Source: the human T2T-CHM13v2.0 reference genome, Homo sapiens. Taken from it: DNA of 64,000 bases. Made by a program: the position numbers and the translations under genes. The stretch lies in assembly GCF_009914755.1 (NCBI RefSeq), contig NC_060927.1, one strand, 5' to 3'. Below the pieces are notes generated by a model that was not told the DNA's origin, made no database searches, and saw nothing but the letters and a program-made list of their open reading frames with translations. Positions 13,439 to 24,955 of the stretch are shown here, in pieces; position 1 is the stretch's first letter, and each line of letters starts with the position of its first letter.

Positions 13439-15941
13439 AATTTAATCTTTCTTATACATACTAAGCTTTTTGGATATTTAAAAGACCTTTTCACAAATCT
13501 GTGAAGATGGCAGGCTATGTTACTATTTTTCCTGTTTCGTATATATATAAGCTGAGGCTCAGAGGTTTAACAAACATGCTTCTTATCATACAGCTAGCAA
13601 ATGGTAGAACCAGGCTTAGAACCCAAGACTCATGACTCATTGCCTTTCCATTGTCTTTTTTTTTCTGAGAAGAATGCAGGCAACTCTTTATATAGAAGAC
13701 ATAGCTATGTTCTTCCTTCCTTGCCACATGCTGATAGATTCCCATGTCTCTGGTGTAGCCTCCATTACATTATTCTTTTCTTCATTCGTCCCTTGACTGC
13801 TCCACAGACTTGACTTAGCCTAATTTACCAAGCTTAGTCATTTCAGATGAATATAATCATCAGGAAGCAGCAGTTGCAGAGACATTACCTAGCTTGGATG
13901 TGCAGTACGTGAAAAACCTGTAAGCAAACAGATTTTCAGTTGCAATGATATTGACCAGAAATACACAAAGCAGATTGAATTAGAGGGTTAAGTAATTTGT
14001 ACAGGAAAAAAATCCAGTCTGAGCAGGCAGGTGGCCTGGACATTCAAGTCAAGAAAAAAGCTTTTACTTTTACAGCATAGATTTTAGGGGCTGAGGTTGG
14101 AACTATTGGAATGATTGTCTCAACTCTTACTAGCTCACATAAAACGTAGCCAACCATCTCTGCATTATCTTGGCAAATATTTCAGTTATTTGTGCAGCTC
14201 TTTTATTTTTGTGGTTTTGAAAACCTATTAAAAAAAAGGTTTTTCTTTTGCTGTCTGATAAAAGAGGGAGTCTGGGTAGGGGAAGAGCTCTTGCCTAAGA
14301 GGCCTGACTTCAGTTCTACCCCAGGAGAACTGGAATACAGAGCTCCACATCTCAGGCCTCACACCAACTGCCAGGACTGAGCAGTCACAAGTTTGCTGAG
14401 AGGATCAAATGAGACAACAGAATCAAAGCGCTTTGCTAATTGTAAAATATGCACAAAACATATAGGGTTGTTTGAGGCCTCTGTCTAATATCACACAATG
14501 CCAATTGGTTTGAGTTTCCATGTGTTAAAAAGCCAATTGTAATTTTTGTTACCTTATAGGGCTTTTTCTGGAATGTGAACTTTATTCACTCAACAACAAA
14601 CAGGACTAAGTCATCTCCATTATGCTTTTTTCAATATGTTTCAACTCTTACTATAAAATTAGGCAGCAACAGAGAATGCCAGCCACACAGGGCTTCACTT
14701 ATAATGGCCAAAATAATAGGAACTGTTTATTTAAGTGTAATTTAACATCTGCTCCAATCATAGCCCCAGATTACAACTCTAGATTAAGACAAACTTTGCC
14801 TATTACTGCCCAAGGCTAAGTCCTCATTCTTTCTTAATGGAAATTTTAATTTTCCACTGCTCATCCGTAGAGTACCACCGATTGATCAACTCTCTCTCCA
14901 ATCCATAGAAATGAAGAGAGAACTCAGGGCTCTCCTGAACTACAACGCTTTCTACATTTCTCCTATAAATTCCACGCAGGCATTGAATTGAATTTGTTCT
15001 TAACCAAATGCGTTTTATCTATACCTGGCAGGAATCTAGAAGTGAAATTACAAGATTTATTTCATTTTAATTCTATTATGAAGCATTTAATCACAAATAC
15101 CCTGAAAATGAAAAGATAATTTATCATTTTACCTTGACTGAGCAACTCTCCTCACTTCACATTCATGAATCCATAACGCAGAGAGGAGACTGGATGATTA
15201 AGTGTTTGATTAGAGAAAACAGATTAACCTAGCAAACATAATAAATTTGGCTCATAAGCAGGATGGCTTTATAAATGCTCACAATACCTCTCCTGTATAA
15301 AATCATGAACCACTTCCTACAGTGATGACTCCATCGAAATAGTTGAGAAACATAAAGCAAATGCATGTTTATGGCTTTCTCTTTGAGACATTAAAAGGGT
15401 ATTGAAAGGCATATCTGATTCAGCTTATAACTCTGGATATATATTAAGGAACATGTAAGAAAATATTAATGCATAAAAAAAGCTACAACTTCTCAAGTGT
15501 TCTAGTTTCCACTTTGTCAATAATTACGTTTTCAATGTCCTTCTGTGGACTGTTTCCAAAGGTGCCAATCCAGACCCAAAGTTTCAGATCACTCAGATTC
15601 ACCCTTAACCTTCATAACACAACCCAATAGCTTTACGAAAAAAGTTGCATATTTAGGTAGTTGTTATCCCATTATGACAAAATACATAAAATTAGCGAGA
15701 TATTTTTTAGCCTTCAAATAAGTGGGAAAAAATCCTTTTAGCTGAGATTCCATTTACATCAGAATAAAAATCTAAGTTATGACTAGGTTGAAGCAACGTC
15801 CTGTGCAGCGCTCCATAAAGTTCACTTAGTCTTCAAGGGTTCCTTACTTAGCTAGGTTAGTATTCCTGGCCTCTTTTTTTAGCAGTGAGAAAAAGGATAC
15901 TCTCCCTGCCCCAGCTTTATTTTTAAACTCACAGCCATATC

Positions 15942-16035
15942 CTGGAGGTCTCTGCTGGCTATTTGGCGCGTGGGGGCGGAGGGGGGCCGGGGGAGGGGGG
16001 CGGGGCGGGGTCTGGAGGTCTGTGCTGGCTATCTG

Positions 16036-16071
<36 letters not shown>

Positions 16072-16125
16072 TTGGAGGTCTCTGCTGGCTATCTGGCGTG
16101 TGTGTGTGTGTGGTGTGGTGTGTGT
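15942..16125. repeat. Three copies of a ~26-bp unit (TGGAGGTCTCTGCTGGCTATCTGGCG) separated by a G-run tract, (GT)16 and a GT/GTG tract
   Basis: Copies start at ~15943, 16013 and 16073. (GT)16G spans 16038-16070. Read directly from the sequence. Confidence 0.95.
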
Positions 16126-16319
16126 AAGCAGTGAGGTTGTTTTAGGGCCAGTCCTTCCTCCGCCACTTTGCTGACTCAAAGACCCAGAGGCTTTCTTGGG
16201 GTGCAGGTACCATGATTCCTTGGGCCCTAAGGGAATTTTTGTTAGGCTAGAAGAGTGGGTGTACTCATGATGGGTGTACCCGAACATTCCTGGGCTCAAC
16301 AAAACCGATTATCTTTATA

Positions 16320-16990
16320 ACCGCGGCGCCTAGCACAGCGCCTGGTGCCCTAAACGTTGGCTGCGGGAACGTCCGAGACGCGGGTGCGGAGCCGGGGGCG
16401 GAATAACTGGTTGCGCGGCGCTTTGACCGTAGGCGCTGGAGCGCGTGCGTTGCGTGCGCGCGCGGAGGCGGCTGCGTCGGGGCGCGAGAAGGTGCAGTTC
16501 CCCGGCGGGCGGGCGGGCGGGCGGGCGAAGCTGGGCTCGGGGCCAAGCGAGGTCTAGCCGGAGCGACTGTGCCCCGCCTCCTGGGCGGAGCGGGCGGCTC
16601 CCCATGGTCAGAGCCTCGTGCCGGCTCGGCAGCGCCCGGACGCCGAGCCCAGCGCGTCGGCCCCCCGGCGTGCGGGCGTCTCAGAGCCGCGGAGGGGCCG
16701 CCGGGACCGTTTCAGCGTGGCGGCGCTGGTGCTGGCGTTGGCCCTGGAGGACGGCCCCGAGTGATGGCTGGCGCCTGCCTCCCGGGTGTCTCCCGGGTAC
16801 AGATGGAGTCGTCCCGCGGCCGCCGGCGGCAAGGTCGGCAGCTGCGAGGCCAAGAGAGACCCCAGGACACACACAGCTGCCTCCCGGTGCGAGAAGAAGA
16901 CCCCGGCTTGAGAGTGAGGTGTGCTGGGCGGAGTGGGGGAGGACCTCGAGGCGCCCCGGCAACCAACCGTGTTCTAACCAACTGGCAAGT
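16320..16990 (+). promoter_or_regulatory. PLAAT1: CpG island promoter and first exon of PLAAT1
   Basis: Very high GC and CpG density. Tandem GGGCGG GC boxes (~16506-16527) and NRF1-like GCGTGCGCGC (~16441-16463). Ends at a GAG|GTGTGC donor that splices in frame to exon 2. Confidence 0.9.
16604..16918 (+). CDS. PLAAT1: PLAAT1 exon 1 coding part of the long isoform: 105-aa Arg/Pro-rich N-terminal extension (MVRASCRLGS...RRRPRLESE). It is 5' UTR for the short isoform.
   Basis: ATG 16604 is open for exactly 105 codons to the phase-0 donor GAG|gt (16918/16919), in frame with the exon-2 ATG (105+168=273 aa). Matches my recollection of the described long PLAAT1 isoform. Confidence 0.8.
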
Positions 16991-17391
16991 GGGAAAAGTT
17001 GACATGACTAGAGAACAACGGAGCTTATCCACCCTCCTCTTTTTCACAGACTGGGGAACTCAGTCCACAGGGCAAGAGACTTTCTTCCCTAGGTTACACA
17101 GCTATTAAGTGGCAGAGCTGGGACTAGAAACCCAACCTGTTTAAGGCTTTTTAAGCCTACTGTCCTCACTGAAGTGAATATGAATAATAATACAAGTAAT
17201 TATTATCGTATTGGATTTTGGAAAGTTGGATGGTGATATTCCTTTGGCATGCGAGACTATTAATATGACTCGTGCTGGAAAAAGTCACTCATGTTTTCTC
17301 TGGGCTTGGATTCCTCATTCCTTCATTCAATGAACATTTGCTCCGCAGTTACTTGTGCGAGGCACTCTAACCGGAGACTGAAGGTATAGAG

Positions 17392-17613
17392 CAAGCTTGT
17401 CCAACCCGTGGCTCACTAACCGCGTGCGGCCCAGGACAGCTTTGAATGCCGCCCAACACAAATTTGTAAATGTTCTTAAAACATTATGAGAGGTTTTTTT
17501 TTTGCGCTTTTTTTTTTTTTCTCATCAGCTATCATTAGAGTTAGTGTATTTTATGTGTGGCCCAAGACAGTTCTCCCAGTGTGGCTCAGGGAAGCCAAAA
17601 GATCGGACGCATG
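17392..17613. mobile_element. MER30-like hAT-Charlie MITE
   Basis: MER30 consensus-like body. Perfect 8-bp hAT-type TSD GTATAGAG at 17384-17391 and 17614-17621. Confidence 0.85.
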
Positions 17614-19189
17614 GTATAGAGAAAAACAAGAAGCATCCCTCCATAGCGTATGCCCCACAAGAGACAATTTCCCAGAGACCAGTAGCTGAGGCAGGTGTAG
17701 GAAGTGAATGGGCCATTAGATGGATGCCTGTGGAAGCTAAAGAAGGCGGATCGGAGGAAGACAATCCGACCTGGGGAGTGGAGGAGAGAGGGGGAGAAGG
17801 TGGCATCGACTTGGATTTTTTAAGATTGAGTCATTTGGGGCACTTGGAAATGGGCATTCTGGGTAGAAGGTTCAGTATTAACAAAAACAAAACAATACTC
17901 TTGAGTGGGAAGAATAATGGATAGTTTGATTTGCCTAGAATGTAGAGATTAATAAGGATGCCAGGATTCTAGGGCGGGGGACCAAGATGGGGAGTCAGTG
18001 GTGGGAAGCCCTGGAAGATTCCAAGCAAGGCATGACAGTGCTGTGGCAGCGGATAGTTAATTTGGCCAAGGAGTGGAACCCTCCTTTGTAGCGTGAGAGT
18101 GTTGGACCAAGGATCTTTGCAGCACTGAGAGTCTATGAATTAGCCAATCTGGGAATACAGGGCTTCATGGAAACATCACAGTGTAGGAGGATTATGGATG
18201 GAAAGTGCAGCTGGAATGGGAAAAGGTCGAAACCTAATTAGAAGCCTTGGGCCAGGGGTAGCCTGTGATCACCTGCGATTGTGTTTCAGACTTCCAGTAA
18301 CATTCTTGGGAGTAGTTGTTAAAAAAGTGCTCTTCGTGTTTCTGTAACTTGGGTGGCCTCTTAGGCATGAGCAGACGTTCAGCCTGTCCCTATCGGCAGG
18401 GAACATTTATTTATTTTGATGCATCCCCAGGGACCAACAGAGAGCTATAAAGACAGCAGCCTGTTTTGCCAGTTGGCCAGTTGAAATGGGAAATTTCTTA
18501 TACAAAGATTACAGACTTAACCTTCATGCCACTCTTTATTATAAACTGTTCATACAGTTCTTTGCAGATGGACTCAAAATGAAGCATTTTTTTACCTTAA
18601 AGATTGTAGTAGAGGATGTTATAAATGTGTCTTTAATTGGTTCTGTGTTTTCTCATACTTATGAAGCACTGCATTACACAATTTGTCTGAATGAAATTGG
18701 TAGATGTGGTCCATGTAAAACTTACCCAATCAGACAGGTTACAGATATTTGCCTAAAATCTGAGCCTGGGCACCTTAGAGATATTCTAACCTCACCCGGA
18801 AACTCCGCAACTGGAAAGGTGCAGGGATTCTGGAGCGAGGTTCCACTTCACATTATCTTCTGGTTCTGCATATGAATATTTAAAAACTTCCTGTGGTGTT
18901 ATATGAAATATGTATTTGCATGCTTTTGCAGCTGCTCCATCTAATAGTATTTGAGAAGGGGAAAAAATGAAATGTTGCTTAGTAGAAATTCCTTTGGTTA
19001 ATGATGTTAATCAATGGTATAAAAAAGGAGCATGAACTCTGGAATAAGAAGGGACACCTGAAATTGAATTCCAGTTGTGTCGCTTACTACCTGTGCGACT
19101 TTAGGTCTGGCACTTAACTCATCTGAGTCTCAGTTTCCTCATCTGTAAAATGGTCACCACAATAATCAGCTCGCAGTCTAACAGAACAA

Positions 19190-19857
19190 CCTGTCACCAC
19201 TAGAATCCCACTTGTTGGCCTTTTATAGCCACACCTACTTCCCTCCCACTGCCTCCTCCACTTCCTTAACTCATAGCAACCACTGTGTGTTCACTATCTT
19301 TTTAAATAATTGTATCATTTCAAGAATGTTATAAAAATGGAATGATATAGTGTGTGACCCTTTGGCATTGTGTGTTTTTATTTTTTCCACTAAGTATAAT
19401 TCTCTAGAGGTACATTCAGGTTGTCGCATATGTCAATAGTTTTTTCCTTTATTCCTAAGTAGTATTCCATGGTAGGCCTGCACACAGTTTTTTATTTTTT
19501 AATTTTTTTAACCACCCTTTGAAGGTCATCTTGGTTGTTTCCACTTTTGGGATATGATGAATAAAGCTGCTATAAGCTTTTGTGTGCAGGTTTTTGGGTG
19601 GCTATAAATCTTCATTGTCTTTATTCTCAGGGGTAAATGCCTAGAAGTACAGTTGCTGGATTATATAGTAGTTACAAGCTAAACTTTTAAGGAAGTTGCC
19701 AGACTGCTTCCAGAGTAGCTACACATTCCCACCAGCAGTGAATGAGTGATCCAGTTAATGACAATGATGACTCTGCATCATTGTCAACATTTGATGTTGT
19801 CACTGTTTTTTATTTTAGCTATTCTGTTAGATGTATAATGATATCTCATTTTGTTTT
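19190..19857 (-). mobile_element. L1MC/ME-type 3' segment (continues at ~27299-28185 after the nested L1)
   Basis: Antisense old L1 3' end text. It resumes at TATTGTGGTTTTAATTTTGCATTTTCC at ~27300. Confidence 0.65.
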
Positions 19858-19944
19858 TTTTTTTTAAATTGACAATGATTTATATTTATGGGGTACAACG
19901 TGATGTTTTAATCTATCCATACATTATAGAAATAATCAAACTAA

Positions 19945-20394
19945 TGTATTAGTTCATTTTCTGTTATAACAGATTTATAACAGAATGCCAAAAACTAAGT
20001 AATTTATAAAGAAAATTAATGTATTTCTTATAGTTATGGAGGCTGAGAAATCCAAGGTCAAGGGACCACTTCTTGTGAGAGCCTTCTTGTTGGTGGAGAC
20101 TCTGCAGAGTCCCAAGGTGGTACAGAGTATCACATGGTAAGGGGGCTGAGTATGCTACCTTGCTAGCTTAGGTCTCTCTTCCTGTGATAAAGCCACTAGT
20201 TCCCTTCCCATGATAATCCTTTAATCCATGAACTCCTTAATCCAGTAATCCATGAATAGATTAATCCATTCATGAGGACAGAGCTCTCCTGATCCAACCA
20301 CCTCTTCAAGGCCTGCCCCACTTCTCAATACTACCACATTAGACATTCAGTTTCAACATGCATTTTGGAGGAGACAAACATTCAAACCATAGCA
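19945..20394. mobile_element. MST-family (MaLR) solo LTR
   Basis: TGTATTAGTTCATTTT...ATTCAAACCATAGCA termini typical of MST LTRs. Confidence 0.8.
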
Positions 20395-21739
20395 CATATA
20401 CATCATCTCACCAATTTATTATTTTTTGTGGTGGTGAGAATGTTAAAAATCTGTTTTAACAGTCTTGAAATATGCAGTACATTATTATGTGTGGTCAACA
20501 TGCAGTGCAATAAATCACTAAAACCTACTTCTTCAGTCTAACTGAAACTTTTTACCCTTTGATCCACTTCTTCCCTTTCCTCATTTCTCTCTCTTCCCTT
20601 TAGCCTCTGGTAATGACCTCTGTACTCTATTTCTATGAGGTCAGCGTTTTTAGATTTCACACGTGAGATCATACTGTATTTCTCTTACGTTTCTGGCTTA
20701 TTTCACTTAGCACAGTGTTCCTCAGTTCCATCCATGTTGTCACTAATGACGAAATTTCCTTTTTTAAAAGGCTGTATAGTTATTTCAATGTGTATATGTA
20801 CCACATTTTTATCCGTTTATCCATTAATAGACACTTAGGTTGCTTCTGTATCTTGGCTATTATGAACAATGCTAAAATGAACATGAGGGTGCAGATATCT
20901 CTTCAACGTAATGGCTTCAGTTCATTTGGTTATATACCCAGAAGGATGATTTCTGGATCATATGGTAATTCTACTTTTAGTTTTTTAGGAAACTTCCATA
21001 CTATTTTCCAAAATGGCTAAACCAATTTGCATTCCCACCAACGATATACAAGGGTTTCCTTTTCTCCACATCCTCACCAACACTTCTTATCATTTTTGGT
21101 AACAGCCCTTCTAACAAGCATGAGGAGATACCACATTGTGGCTTTAATTTGCATTTCCCTGATGATTAGAGATGTTGAGTATTTTTTCCATCTACCTTTT
21201 GGCTATTTGTGTCTCTTCTTTTGTAAAATGTCTGTTTAGATACTTTGCCAAGTTTTTAATTGACTTGTTTTCTTGCTATTGAGTTGTATGGATTCCTTAT
21301 ATATTTTTCATGTTAGCCCCATAGCAAATGTGCAGTTTACAAATGTTTTCTCCCATTTCATGTGCAAGGAGAATCCTAATGTCATCAACAAACAGAAATA
21401 CACTTCTTCCATTCCTATATGAATGCCTTTTATTTCTTCTTCTTGCCTAATTGCTCTAGCTAGGACTTCCAGACTATGTTGAATAGCTGTGAGAGTGGGA
21501 ATCACTGTTGTCTTTCTAATCTTACAGGAAAAACTTTCAACTTTTTACCATCGAGCATGATGGTGTCTGTGGGCTTGTCATATATGGCCTTTATTGTGTT
21601 AAGGTACATTCTTTCTATGCCTATTTTTTGAGAGTTTTGTAGCGTGAATGGGTGTTGGATTTTGTCAAATGTTTTTTCTGCATCTACTGAGATACTTGTG
21701 TGCTTTTTGTCGTTCATTTTGTTAATATGGTATATTTAT

Positions 21740-22047
21740 TTATTAATGTATTTATTTATTTATTTTTGAGACAGAGTCTTACTCTGTCACCCAAGCTGGA
21801 GTGCAGTGGTGTGATCTTGACTCACTGCAACCTCCACCCGCATCGAGCTCAAGCTGTCCTCTCACCTCAGCCTCTCAAGTAGTTAGGACCACAGGCACAT
21901 GCCACCATGTTAGCTTTTGGTATTTTTGTAGAGATGAGGTTTAGCCATGTTTCCTAGGCTGGTCTAGAACTCCTGGGCTCAAGATATCCATCTGCCTCGG
22001 CCTCCCAAAGTGCTGGGATTACAAGCATGAGCCACAGTGCCTGGCCC
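21740..22047 (-). mobile_element. AluJ-like element
   Basis: Diverged antisense Alu with a (TTTA)n tail, flanked by ATATTTATT-like repeats. Confidence 0.9.
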
Positions 22048-22572
22048 ATATTTATTGATTTATATATGTTCACCCATCCTTGCATCCCTGGGATAAGTCC
22101 CACTTGATTATGGTGAGTGATCGTTTAAATTTACTGTTGAATGCAGTTTGCTAGTATTTTGTTAAAGATCTTTGCATTTGTGTTCATCAGGGATATTGGC
22201 CTGTAGTTTTCTTGGGGTGTTCTTGCCTGGCTTTGGTGTCAGGGTAATACTGGCCTCATAAAATAAGCTCTGAGGTAGTCCCTGTTTTATAATTTTTTGG
22301 AAGAGCTTGAGAAGGATTGGTATTTCTTCTTGAGCACTTAATGGGATTCACCTGTGAAGCCATCAGGTCCTGGGCTTTCCTTTGGTGGGAGATTGTTTAT
22401 TACAATTCAATTTCCTTATTTATTATTGGTCTACTCAGATTTTCTGTTTCTTCCTGATTCAGTCTTGGGTTGCATGTTTCTAGGAATTCATCCATTTCTT
22501 CTGTGTTATCCAATTTCTTGGTATTTAGCTGTTCATAGTAGTCTTCTATGATCCTTTGTATTTCTGGGATGT

Positions 22573-23008
22573 TGAAAGGAGTTAGTTAGCTTGCTTTAGG
22601 CAGACAGTAAGTAAAGGATCCCCAGAGAACCTCTGACCCACCCCACAGGTGCTTACACCAGATATTTTGTGCAGATAAGGGAACTTGCACAGGGGGCTTG
22701 CCTAAACATGCCCACAGCACACTAAGGGCCCACATGCACACTGGAGGAATATGTGGAGCCACCAGAAATTCACGCCTTATACAGATAGGGAGCTCAGCCT
22801 CATCAGGTTATATATAAAGCCCTTGTATTCAGCTCTGAGGGGGCAATGACTAACCTGCTTTCAGGACCCCTCTCTTTGCTGAGAACATTCCTTTTGCTTA
22901 ATAAATTCTACTCCAGTCACTCTTCAAGTGTCTGCGTGCCTAATTATTCCTGGTCATGAGACAAGAGCCCAGACCTAGCTGAGCTAAGGAGTAAAAAATC
23001 CTGCATCA
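22573..23008 (+). mobile_element. Solo ERV1 LTR, MER61C-like
   Basis: TGAAAGGAGTTAG...CCTGCATCA, TATA box TATATAAA, AATAAA, 4-bp TSD ATGT/ATAT (one mismatch). Interrupts L1 ORF2. Confidence 0.75.
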
Positions 23009-24754
23009 ATATCAGTTTCCTCTTTTTTTTGTCTCAAGATATTTTTAAATTTTCCTTTTAATTTTTTATTTGACTCATTGGTTGTTGAAGGGCATGTTAT
23101 TTAATTTCCACATAGAGTTTTCCAAGATTCCTCCTGTTATTGATTTCTAGGTTTGTGCCATTGTGGTCAGAAGAAATACTTGATAAGATTTCAGTCTTCT
23201 TAAATTTGTTGAGATTTGCTTTGTGATATATCATATGATCTACCCTGGAGAATACTCCATGTGCAATTGAGAAAAATGTATATTCAATTGTTGTTGGATG
23301 AAGTTTTCTGTAAATATTTGTTAGGTCCATTTGGCTTAAAGTATAGTTCAAGTTCAATATTTCCTTGTTGATTTTTGGTCTAGATCTGTCCAATGTTGAA
23401 AGCGGGACATTATTGTATTGCAGTCCATGTCTCTCATCAGATCTATTAATATTTGCTTTATGTATTCGGTGCTTTGATATTGGGTGCATATATAATTGTT
23501 ATATTTTCTTTATGAATTGACCCCTTCATCATTATATAATAACTTTTCATATCTTTCTGCAGTTTTTCACTTACAGTCTATTTTGTCTGATAGAAGTATA
23601 GCTACTCCCACTTTGTGTTGGTTTCCATTTGTGTGGAATATCTTTTTTCATCCCTTCATTATCAGCTTATATGTGTTCTTAAAGGTTAAGAGAGGTGAAG
23701 TTAATCTATTGTAGGCAGCATATAGTTGGGTCTTTTTTTTTAATCCATTGAACCATTCAATATGTTTTGACTGGAGAATTTAATACACTTACATTCAAAG
23801 TAATTATTGGTAGGTAAGAACTTACTATTGGTGTTTTGTTGTTTTCTGGTTAATTTGTAGATCTTTTGTTTTCTGTTTTCCTCTCTTGCTTGCTTCCTTT
23901 GCAATTTAATGATTTTTTGTAGTGGTATGCTTTGAATTCTTTCTTTTTATCTTTTGTGTATCTACTAAGAATTTTTCCTTTGTGGTTACTAGGAGGCTTA
24001 CATAAAACGTCTTATACTAATGACAAGCTATTTTAAGCTTATAATTACTTCACTTTGATCACTTGTACAAACTCTAAACTTTTACTATCCCCTCCAACAA
24101 TTTGTTTTTATTGACAATTTTTAAATAGTTTTTGGCATGTCCATTAGCAAAGTATAGTTGCTATATGTGTTTTGAATAGTTTTTCTTCTTTTAACCTTTA
24201 TATTAGAGATATAATTTATTTTCATACTACAATTACAGTACAAGTGTTCTGTGTTTGACTATATACTTACTTTTACCAGTGAGTTTTTATTTTTATGTAT
24301 TTCCATGTTGCTACTTAGTGATATTTTCCTTCAATGTGAAGTGCCCATTTTAGTATTTCTTGTAAGGCAGGTCTAGTTGTGATAAATTCCCTCAGCTTTT
24401 GTTTATCTGAGAAAGTTTTTTTTAAAGCTCCCCTTCTTCTCTTCCTTTTTGAAGGACAGGATTGCTGAGTGTAGTATTCTTGGTTGGCAGGGTTTTTTTT
24501 CTTTTAGCTCTTTGACCATATCTTATTCCCTTCTACCCTGCAGGGTTTCTGTTGAAAGATCTGATGGGGGTCCCCTTTTATGTAACAAGTTGCTTTTCCC
24601 TTACAGCTTTCCTATCTTCTCTTTGTCTTTAACTTTCCACAATTTGATTATAATGTATCTTGATTTGGTTTGCCTTGGATTCATCCTGTTAGATGTTTGT
24701 CAAGCTTCTGGATTTCTGTTTCCTTCCCTACACTTAGGAAGGTTTTCGCAATTG

Positions 24755-24955
24755 CAGTAGATTCTTGTTTAATGTTCATAGGTTCTTGGAAACTGCAACT
24801 TTAACCAAAATGATTTATAGCGGCTTTTGAATAACATCATTTTACTCAATGTCATTTCATTATGTTGATGAGAAAAAAATTCCTTTCATTATATGTTGTT
24901 TTGCTTTAAGTCAGTTTCCAAGGATCTATCAGTGACATTAAATGAGGACTTGCTA
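24755..24955. mobile_element. MER6-like Tigger-derived MITE
   Basis: Inverted arms ATAGGTTCTTGGAAACTGCAACTTTAA and TTTAAGTCAGTTTCCAAGGATCTAT. Confidence 0.65.

Noticed and set aside
15942-16125. Repeat-spacer-repeat layout resembling a CRISPR array
   Set aside because: Primate DNA with no cas genes, only three units, and low-complexity G/GT spacers. Kept as a tandem repeat.
15844-17108. Many overlapping 66-185-aa ORFs on both strands over the CpG island
   Set aside because: Expected from stop-codon scarcity in GC-rich DNA. Only the frames starting at ATG 16604 and ATG 16764, which connect through the exon-1 donor, were retained.
17200-19200. Possible intronic lncRNA (I recall one annotated near the PLAAT1 5' end) and ORFs 17502-17924 and 18486-18875
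   Set aside because: Boundaries cannot be supported from the sequence. The ORFs have no recognisable domains, and the first is partly MER30-derived.
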